DNA from: Selaginella moellendorffii
Taxonomy: Eukaryota; Plantae; Lycopodiophyta
NCBI RefSeq assembly: GCF_000143415.4
Contig: NW_003314341.1
Location: 457,137-521,136 of the forward strand
Direction: 5' to 3'
Length of the DNA: 64,000 nucleotides
Shown here: in pieces, positions 54,865-64,000 of the stretch
Numbering within the stretch: the stretch's first letter is position 1
Layout of the letters: each line of letters begins with the position of its first letter
Translations under genes and position numbers: made by a program
The notes under the pieces: generated by a model
Told to the model about the DNA's origin: nothing
Database searches by the model: none
The model's input: only the letters and a program-made list of their open reading frames with translations

Positions 54865-57800
54865 ATGGCCTTCAGGGTTGGGGAAAAGGTTTACATTTTG
54901 AATGGTGGGAAGAGAGTTGCAAAAGGGACCCTTGTGTCTATGGATCGGAACTTTGTTATACACTGTCAAAGGCTTGGGGAAGGCAATGCTGCTGTATCAG
55001 TAGAGACTGTCTTCGATGGGAATGTGGTCGCTATTGAACGAGGAGAGATGGTCGTCGGGGTAAATGTTGTTGTTGCCTTGAAAAATCTGCAGAAGAAAGC
55101 AGATGTTGGGGACAGCGCAAGTGCGACGCATGTTCCCTCCGTGGATCTTAAGAACCGTGCTACATGGATTCAGGCAAAGGTGTTTCTAAACAACCCCGAG
55201 GGGGAGGTGGTAGCTGAGGGCTTAGCCACAGTTGTCGATCCAAGAGATGCGGTTGCTAATCAAGAATTGGGCTGGGATGATATTGGAGTTGCAATTTTAG
55301 AGGTTGTTGACACAGAAGAAAACAGTCTGACTATTGGAAGCATTTTGCGGTGGAAATTGAGGCATTTAGTGTTTGAGAATGTGAAGGATTCACAATCAAA
55401 CACCACTACAACTGATGACAGAACATCTCTTCATGGGAAAAGAAAGTACACCTTCCTACAGCGCAGCCAAAGGGATCTGAGCAACGAACCGAAAAGGCAG
55501 AAAATGGCGATGGAGGTTCGAATGGTCTCGACAGTTGCTTGTTGCAAGAGGAGGTGCTGTCAACATGCTGATTGGGATGCTATTGAAGAGGAAAGAGCAA
55601 GATACAAGACATTGTCCTGGAAGGCAGCTCGCAATTTTGTGTATGAGGCATTACGGTCATTTGTTGATGCTTCAGAACATCAGGTGGGGGGCATGGTCTT
55701 CCAGAGGGGTTTGGTCTGCATGAAGGCATGGAGAATCATTTATGGAGTCCCTCGAACCACATTCTACAGAATCAAAACTGAGTTCGAGGAACAAAGGGTT
55801 CAACAGGCAGTCCATGGGAACGACTGTACGCACAAAACCAGGGGTCATGTTGTATATGGAGAGGCAATCTTCAAGAGGTTTGTCGAGACATGTAGCGAGC
55901 AGCAACCACATAAAACCCGCCTCTTGGAAGATGGAACACGAGACACCCAACGAGTTCTCCCTTCCATGTATACCAAGGGGGCCATATTGGAAGATGTGAA
56001 TCGGGAACTCCAGAGTAATGGCTACAGGAAGCTGAGCCAATCTAGATTTAGTAGATTGTGGAGCAACAGGTTCAGGGATGTGAGTATAGGAAAGTACTCC
56101 AGCTTTTCAAAGTGTGACGAGTGCACTGCTATCAAAATGGCTTTGTCGAAGAATTCTTGCAGCGCTCAAGAGCGAGAGACGTTGGTTAGAAGGCGGCTCG
56201 ACCACAACATCGAGCAGAGAAGCTGCAGGACTGCATATTATCATAACAGGATTCTCTCCATGGAGAGACTTGACTCTTACCTCTGCATCATCCACGACAA
56301 AATGGACCAGAAAAAGACGTGTTTACCTCGACTCAATCCTGCCCCCAAGGCAATCTCTTCATCCATGCAGCTGCCTGTGTCTCTGTTTGGCATAATTGCT
56401 CATGGGCATGGTGCCCAGAACTATGGGAACTTCTTTGTACCTCTATGGGGTGGTGGGGGTGCAAACATGATGATTGCGTCCCTAGCAAAACACTTAAGGT
56501 CTCTGCAAAGTGCGCAGACTGAGCTGAACGGCCAACCCTTGCATAAGGCCCTTGTCGATCGAACCCCATACAGGGTTCAGCTGGAGGAGGAGCAAAGGCT
56601 TGCAGTATCGCGTGGGGCCCCATGCCATCCCAGTGAATATGTTGGCCGTCAGATTGTAGGGTTATCACGTGAGGCCTCATGCCATTCCGACGAGGCTGGT
56701 CGCCCGGTGAATGCACAGCCTCATCCAAACGAAGCAGAATCTCAAGGAAGTTCTTGCGGCCGATGTGGCCTTCCACCCCATCTTCTGCTCCAAACAGACA
56801 ATGCTGGCAGTGAGAACAAAAACATGTACGTCTTCGCGTACTTGGCGATGCTTGTTGCCAAAGGCATATTTGAAACGGTTACACTTGGCTTTCTCATGGT
56901 TGGGCACACTCATGAAGACGTCGATGCCATGTTCAGTCACCTGGCAGAGTCCCTCCGGCGATCCAATGTCCTCACCCTCCCACAACTCTACGATGAATTC
57001 CAAAATTGCATCAAAAGCACTGTTGAAGCTGCACTTGTGACAGAGGTTCCAGACTTTAAGGGGTTTGTAAAAGGCTACATTAGGGATGGATCCGAAATGC
57101 TGATTGGCCACTCCAAGCCTCTTCAGTTTCATTTCAGCATGCGTGACGGTGCTCCAGTGATGAGGTACAAGATGAGAGAATGGGACACAGTGTGGCTGCC
57201 AGTGGACGGCATTGAACTCTTCAAGAGAGATCCCATAACTGGGGAACCTATGATTCCTCAGGGTTCCCCACGGCCGATGCACCCGGATGGACTCAAAGAC
57301 CAGGAAAGTATAGTGGCCGGGATTAGACAGCATATTGCCTTCTGGAAGAGGGGGTTGGTGTTTGGTGGAGAATCCTATTTTAAGAGGTGCAAGCCTTTGC
57401 TCGAATACTGGGAGAAGATTATATCTGCTATCCAAAATGGGCCGGTTGTATATGAAGAATTGGAAGAGTCCTTTTGGCCAGAACCCAGAGCACCAGATAG
57501 TAGCGGAACAATGTCCTCTGGAAATGCAGTGACAGATAATGATGTTGAGGATCACTATTGTGGGCCGAGGAACAAGAAGCCGGATTCAGCATTCAATCCA
57601 GTACAGGTCTGCAAAGGAATGGTCGTGCTTGTCAGACCCAGTAATAAAAAACAAATGATATGGGTGGGGCGCTGCATCACTGATGCAGAGGAGGACGCGG
57701 AAACTAACTCCTTCAATGTAACTGTGGAGTGGTTCAAGCCAAGTTCCGGATATACGAAGGATTGCCTAGAAAAGAGATGGGTGCTGAATCCAAGGGATCC

Positions 57801-58003
57801 CAGCATGAGCATATCGGTGGATAATGTTGTGCATGGTTGGATGCGGAAGCAGAGTGCCACCATCACCTTGCCAGACCATGCAAGAGATGCAGCAAGAGCA
57901 TTCATAACCCGGGTTCAAGGTGAGATTTAATATTCCTTTACTAAGTTTCTAATGTATTTTATTTCAAGGTGAACAATCCGAATCTGAATCAGAGGAGGCG
58001 TGA
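54865..58003 (+). CDS. Sola-like (DUF7869-type) DDD transposase with extra N- and C-terminal domains
   Basis: Intact 1021-aa ORF (54865-57930). Motifs CCKRRC, VCMKAW, FSKCDEC, IIHDKMDQKKT, LQTDNAGSENKN, FLMVGHTHEDVDAMFS. Likely terminal intron 57920-57968 and last exon GEQSESESEEA* (to 58003). ATG preceded by a splice acceptor (TTTCAG). Confidence 0.85.
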
Positions 58004-59837
58004 TGGCATGTGGCCCTTTGCACTAGTATATCTTAATACTGGTCTGAGAAATAGAATGGCATGTGCCCTCAGGCCTTTTACTAAATCACCTTTGAAAGAA
58101 ATGCAAGCCTCTATGTCGTAAAAAAAAGGTACTAGAGAAATTCCTTAATAATATGAATGTTATTTAGTTTCATGAAAATACACTAAGGGTCAAATGAGTT
58201 AAATGACTTCTCCAGACTAGCAATGCCTCTTGCTACACCTTCACAATTAGATTCGTTAGAAAAAGATAACATTGAATAATATCTAAATGTTCTCACCATT
58301 AAGTTATATGTCTGGCTAATAGGAATGACGTTCATCTTGGAAAGCTCACCACACACTCAATGAACAAACAAATAGTGTGTGCGCGCATGCCATCGCTCTT
58401 CTTTAGCTTCAGATTCGGCTTGTTCACCTTGACAATGAGATTTATTATACAACCAGATGGACTCAGTCTGGACACAAAGTCACCGCGCTAGTCACCATGC
58501 CCCAGATATGTCTAGCCCCTGGACAAAAAACATATAATTTCACGTCATTTTCAAATACTTGAAAATTTGTACCTAGTCCCATTTTACTGAATAAATCCCA
58601 CTTTAACGAAATAGAGCTTGAATGGAGATAGTGATCCTATGTTACTTAGTGCAACAATCAACGAATAGGAGCGAAAGACTAGTGGCCAAGTATGGGCCAT
58701 AAAATTCATTGGAAGGAATCCAAATGGCAAAGTTAGGCGAGGAACATTAATGTGTTAGATGCTAACAGATTGCGGGAAAGGAAGTGTGTTTCTAAGGATG
58801 GATTCCCAAATGCTCCAAATTTGGCAAAGGTGAAAGCTCTAAAGGAGGGAGCGGGAAGGTAACTAAATGATAGGGCCGTAGACAACCCTAGCACAATTTA
58901 TGATAACTGGAACTTAGTGCCAAAAGTGGCATGAAATAGGAAAGAGGATGATGTTGCCCTCAAGTAGAGAACTTCTTAGGATGGGGAAGTGGAATTTGTA
59001 AAATATGTGTAATAAAAGGTGTCGGAGACACCTAAGAAATTGATTTCAAGAAGTCAAGGATAAAAGTTCCAAAGAGGAATGGTCATATCAATAGAAGTTA
59101 AGACTACACTAGAATGTGTAGTAGGATTGAGTTAAAGAAGTTGTATTTAACAGGTTTAGCGAAAACTAAACTAATGAAAGGGAGAAAACAACCCCAGGTG
59201 GTCAAATAAGTCTCTATGTTAGAAAGACTATGCTCCTTAGAGGATGGAAAAGGCATAGTGAGCTTTCGATGTCAAATTATTATAAGCATTCGTGGATGGA
59301 TGGCTTAGTATTTGAAAGACAAGACAGTGATGCAGGTGGTGTTGGATCACTGGTGTAACAAAAGTGAATAGGCATGGCTTTAATGTAATGGGCTAATATG
59401 TTAGTGGTACTTTTGGGTGTCGGTTATGAGATAAGACATGTGGAGCACTTGGACCAAGTGTAATGGTTGAGTGGTATAGATGCCATTCTCGGGGCTAGCA
59501 AGTCCCCAAGTCTAGAATAGGACTTATGAAGGTTGTGAGTGAGACTTCTCCAAGTGGTCAGAAGTGTGGTTAAGTGACTAAAGTAAAATGGAAAATTTAG
59601 TTGCTTACATCTGCCAAACCAAAAAAAGAACAAACGTCTAATACAGTGGTTTGAACTTCCTAAGACTTCACTACTTCCACCTTCTTTAGATCCACTTCAG
59701 TTATGCCACCACCAACTATATGCCCAAGAAAGTTCATGTGCAATCATCCAAAAGTATATTTACTTTCCTTAGCATACAATTTGTGTTCAAATAACTTTTA
59801 AAACACCAACTCAAAGTGTTTCAATGATCCTCCAATG

Positions 59838-62800
59838 TGTAAGCCATAAATTTTTCCTTTCCATTTTGCCAGTTTACCTCGTCAATCCATCTAACACTAC
59901 CTTGGCTTTTGCTAAATTCCCTCACCAAGGTCCCCGCCTATGGTACTAGCTCCTACTTGGTCCTACTTGGTTTTAGTTACTCACTGCACGAGCAACGGAG
60001 TGTTAGCCATCCATCCACGGCTTCCCAAATCTCTCCCAATCCCCCTCCCCATGTTAGACTAGATTTAAGGTTCGGCTACATTCCCTGCAGGCACAAGCAG
60101 CCAAGCACACCAAGCCTCTAGTACCACAAGACTTGATCATGGGACCCTCTAAATCCCAAGTCTTTGGTGCAACACCTGCTTTGGGATGCTAGGGTAAAAC
60201 ACCGTGGCCTAATGGCCCGGTATGGGTACCTCTACCCCCCACTTCTATCCCGAAGGGAAGGCCTAAGCCCCTAGGAAGGGCGAGGACTAATGAGCCGCAA
60301 GGTACTCAAGTAGGGCACCACTCCACATGAGCCGGGAGCACCGCAATTGATTTCCCTTTCAGGAGTGGGAGCTGCTCTTGAGCACTTCCCTGGGTGGCCC
60401 CTCTGGCACCACCCGAGTCCATGCTCACTCCCACCCAAGGCACCTTGGCCCCAGTCTCAACCTTAAGTCAATTTGGAAGCATCACTAGAGAGTTTCTTCA
60501 AGACTGGTTCTTGGACCTCACTATCCCTACTATACTTTTGGAACCCCCTGTAGCCGCCCCCCCCCGGGAGACGCATGCTTTGGGCTTTCACCCTTGACCT
60601 GTATTAGTACTCGAACTTGGTCTCGGACTCGATCTCAGACCCGACTTCGGATTTGGTCTCGGACTCAATCTCAGACCCGATCTTGGACTCGATCTCAGAC
60701 CCGACTTCGGATTTGGTCTCGGACTCGATCTCGGACCCGATCTTGGACTCGACTTCGGACTCGATCTCAGACTCGGTCTCGGACCCGTTTTCGGATCTCG
60801 GACTCCATCTCGAACTCGGTCTCGAACTTGGATCCATCTAGCATTTCATTATAGATTAGGATGTCTTCAATATAGACGACCACAAAGTGATCCAAATAGG
60901 GTACAAAGATGTGGTTCATCAATGCCGAAAATGTTGCCGGCGCATTGCATAGCCCAAAGGGCATCACTAGAAACTCAAAGCTCCCATACCTTGTTTGATA
61001 GGTTGTCTTCTTGACATCTTCCTCTGCTACCCTGATCTGGTAGTAACCTAACCTTAGGTCAATCCTCGAGAAGTATTTTGCCTTTCCCAACCTATCGAAC
61101 ATGTCCTCAATCCTTGGCAAAAGGAGCTTGTTCTTCTTTGTATACTTGTTGAGCAACTGATAGTCTATGCACATGCACATAGATCCATCTTTCTTTTTCA
61201 CAAATAACACTGGTGCCCCATATGGCAACTTGCTCAACCTAACATACCCTTTGTCCACCAACTCCTCTAGTTGGCACTTGAGCTCCTTGAGTTCTTTTTC
61301 GTTCAAACGATAGGGGGGACAAACCACCGCCTCAGCACCCTCGACCAGCTCAATCTTATGTTCTATCGGTTGTGCGGGGGGCAACCCCACCGATAGCTCC
61401 TCCGGCATGGTATCCTGGAATTGTTCCAACACCCGCTAGATCACTAAAGGTACTTCTTCCGTTCCTGTCTTTTTATCACTCTTCACCGAGAGTAAGCACA
61501 AAAATGCTACCTTAGTTCCTTTAGTGAGTTGTCCTCTCGTGGACACGAGGTTTAAGCAGGAATCTTTGGCCTTGCTTTGCCCTACCTTTAGATCCTGGGC
61601 CTCCACCCTAGATCTTTTTCCTTGGGCATTTGCTAGTGCCACAAGGTTCCTACCTGGCTACCACAAACTAATTGAACCAATCCATCCCAAAGATCACGCA
61701 AATCCCGCCATGTCCAATACAGTGAAATCCATGTCCACTTTCCAAATCTCTACTTCGACTCTCGCTTGTCGAAGTACCTCATCAGTGCTTTCGCTACCTT
61801 GAACAAACTCTATAGTCCTTAGTTCACCCAGCCGCTGCACCGTTAGTCCAGCTTGCTAGACTATGTCTACAGCCACAAAATTATCTGAAGCACACATGTC
61901 AATAAGGATCTTAACAAATTTACTTTCGAGCTTCCCTCGGAGGGCTAGTAGACAAATGACTCTCTACAAAAGTTGCTCGTGTAATGAGTAACTTTGAGTT
62001 AGGGACTGAATCACATACCTTAGTTTGGATTTCACTTGATGGCCATATTGGCTCTGGCCTTCTTCGGGTAGGGACATTCCCTTGAAAAGTGTCCCGCTTC
62101 ACCGCAGTTGTAACATATGTTGTTTCCCACACTGCTATATGACTTGACCTTCTTATCCATGGGTTTGTCTCTTTTCGCTTGACTCCCCCACGTACTCACT
62201 CACTGGCCACCAGATTTACCTTTCCGGAACCCCGAGGACTCATTCTTAGAAAAACTCCTCTTGAATTTCCCTTTGCTATACATTCCCCTTGGCTTGGCCC
62301 CTTTGCTAAACGTGGACCCCAACCCCGTCGTGTTCCCTTTCACAGGTTATCGTTGAAATGTACCTTGATGGCCACATTCAACGCTTCTTTGTAGTTGGTC
62401 GGGTTCCACTACATCACCTCACCGCGAGCCCAGGTTTGTAAGCCTGATATGAAGGCATGGAACGCATCCATATCACCCATATTCGTAACCAGTATCCTCT
62501 TTGCCATAAATCCATTCACATACTCTTGAATGGTTCTGGTTTGCTTCAGCCTACTCAGCTCGCCCTTAGGTGCAGAGTAGCATTCGGAGGAACATATGTC
62601 GCACGAATCCTCGCCTTCATCATTTCCCAAGTGGCCACCGGTCCTTCGTTGGCCTCCGTCGTTCTCCACCAAGACTTGGCATTATCTGCTAAGTATGGTT
62701 TTGCACATGGGACCTTCTCCGAGCTCGGTAACCTCAACGCTCGAAAGTAGTCCTCCATGTCGTAAAACCAATCCTCCACCACCTTATAGTCATTCACTCC

Positions 62801-64000
62801 CTTGAAGACTAGTGGGGGCTTTGGTTTCTACTTGGGAACTGCCTAAAGGACTGATTCCACTTCAGTCTATTCGACCTTGTTTGGTTCTGCCTTAGTCCCT
62901 ACCGAAGGGTCTGCACCTTCTGCACTACCAGTATCCGCAGTCTTTCACTTTTTCTTCCGCTTCTCGTCACGCTTTAACTTGCGTACAAGAGTCTCCAGTA
63001 GGGCATTGGTCTGTGCCAATTGTTCTTCTAGAATGTCCAATCGAGCCTTGTACGACCGAACCTTGCCACCAGACTCTTGTTTGGAAGTTTCCTCACTAGA
63101 GTCCTCCCCATATAAGGATTCATTATCCATAGCCTTTTGTTCGATCGGAGGCTCTAGCTCTGGTGGGGGTTCTGTCTCCGCCTTGATTCGTTTCCGCTCT
63201 GCCTTTGCCATCTCTCAGCAATCTGCCTCTATCCTTCACTAGAACTGAGGAAAAGGCTCCGATACCAAATTGTAAGCCACAAAGTTTTCCTTTCTAATTT
63301 GCCAGTTTACCTCGTCTATCCATCCAACACTGCCTTGGCTTTTGCTAAGTTCCCTCACCAAGGTCCCCGCCTATGGTACTAGCTCCTACTTGGTCCTACT
63401 TGGTTTCAGCTACTCACTACACGAGCAATGGAGTGTTAGCCATCCATCCACGGATTCCCAAATCTCTCTCAATCCCCCTCCCTGGGTTAGACTGGACTTA
63501 AGGTTCAACTACACTCCTTTCAGGCACAAGCAGCCAAGCACACCAAGCCTCCAGGTTCCTAACATCCTTTGGTACCACAAGACTTGATCATAGAACCCTC
63601 TAAATCCCAAGTCTTGGGTGCAACACTTGCTTCGGGATGCTGGGGTGAAACACCGTAGCCTAACAGCCCGGTATAGGTACCTCTACCCCCACTTCCATCC
63701 TGAAGGGAAGGCCTAAGCCCCTAGGAAGGGCAAGGACCAATGAGCCACAAGGTACTCAAGTGGGGCACCACTCCACATGAGTTGGGAGCACCGCAATCAG
63801 TTTCCCTTTCGGGAGTGGGAGCTGCTCTTGAGCACTTCCCTGGGTGGCCCCTCCGGCACCACTCGAGTCCATGCTCACTCCCACCCAAGGCCCCTCGGCC
63901 CCAGTCTTAACCTCAAGTCAGTTTGGAAGCACCACTAGAGAGTTCCTTCAAGACTGGTTCCTAGACCTCACTATCCCTACTATGCTTTTGGAACTCTGCA
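59838..64000 (-). mobile_element. Family B Ty3/gypsy chromovirus-like element, internally deleted (5' LTR 63271->64000, PBS, gag-PR-RT, truncated 3' LTR 59838-~60840)
   Basis: Two homologous LTRs start TGTAAGCCA on the + strand. PBS GCTCCGATACCA at ~63257-63268 (tRNA-iMet). gag pieces (VEDWFYDMEDYF, AKSWW) and RT ([46 protein letters not shown]). RT is fused directly to LTR repeats. Confidence 0.92.
60840..63211 (-). pseudogene. Disrupted gag-protease-RT of the family B element
   Basis: ORF pieces 62945-63211, 62555-62797, 62409-62672 and 60767-61432, with stops and frameshifts. Catalytic YIDD reads YIED. Confidence 0.85.

Larger units (their letters stand above)
47520..58619. mobile_element. 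11.1-kb TIR DNA transposon, Sola-like
   Basis: Perfect 24-bp TIRs: AAGCTCTATTTCGTTAAAGTGGGA (47520-47543) and its reverse complement (58596-58619). 4-bp TSD GAAT (47516-19 and 58620-23). Contains a DDD-type transposase. A 4-bp TSD is characteristic of the Sola superfamily. Confidence 0.9.
45125..59609 (+). mobile_element. Family A old copy (internal 45125-47519 and 58620-~59290, deleted 3' LTR ending 59609), split by the DNA transposon
   Basis: Homologous to the internal region 36885-39880. Sequence is continuous across the insertion (CTTCAAGAAT|GGAGATAG). LTR end ...TTAGTTGCTTACA at 59609. Confidence 0.85.

Noticed and set aside
47520-58619. Classification of the DNA transposon as CACTA, hAT, Mutator or piggyBac
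   Set aside because: The termini are AAGCT not CACTA, the TSD is 4 bp and not TTAA, and the catalytic motifs (DN..ENKN, GHTHEDVD) fit the Sola/DUF7869 type.

Overview
Eukaryotic plant nuclear DNA. The very short introns (about 50-70 nt), tight gene spacing and a PLS-type PPR gene suggest a lycophyte such as Selaginella; this is inference. Layout: (1) 1-3.8 kb holds decayed Ty3/gypsy and Ty1/copia fragments. (2) 4.5-25.3 kb is a gene-dense block: aspartate carbamoyltransferase, a large PHD+RING-CH protein, PPR, DDX6-type RNA helicase, TMM, PQBP1-like WW protein, SEP-UBX/p47, G-group bZIP and an alkaline ceramidase pseudogene. (3) 25.8-64 kb is a nested transposon island. It is dominated by a non-autonomous LTR family ('family A') with GAGTCC microsatellites in its LTRs, and includes a related chromovirus-like gypsy ('family B'). 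Two ~195-bp solo LTRs carry a 5S rRNA-like core (Cassandra-like): one in this island at 28067 and one in the gypsy fragment at 1571. The most striking object is an 11.1-kb DNA transposon (47520-58619) with 24-bp TIRs and a 4-bp TSD. It has an intact 1021-aa Sola-like transposase ORF, a divergent spliced accessory gene ending in an FCP1/NIF-like HAD domain, a ~860-bp tandem array with telomere repeats, and many copies of the dyad TGGCRTG-N6-CAYGCCA, three in the first intron of each gene. This layout recalls the VANC/VANDAL self-targeting anti-silencing systems.
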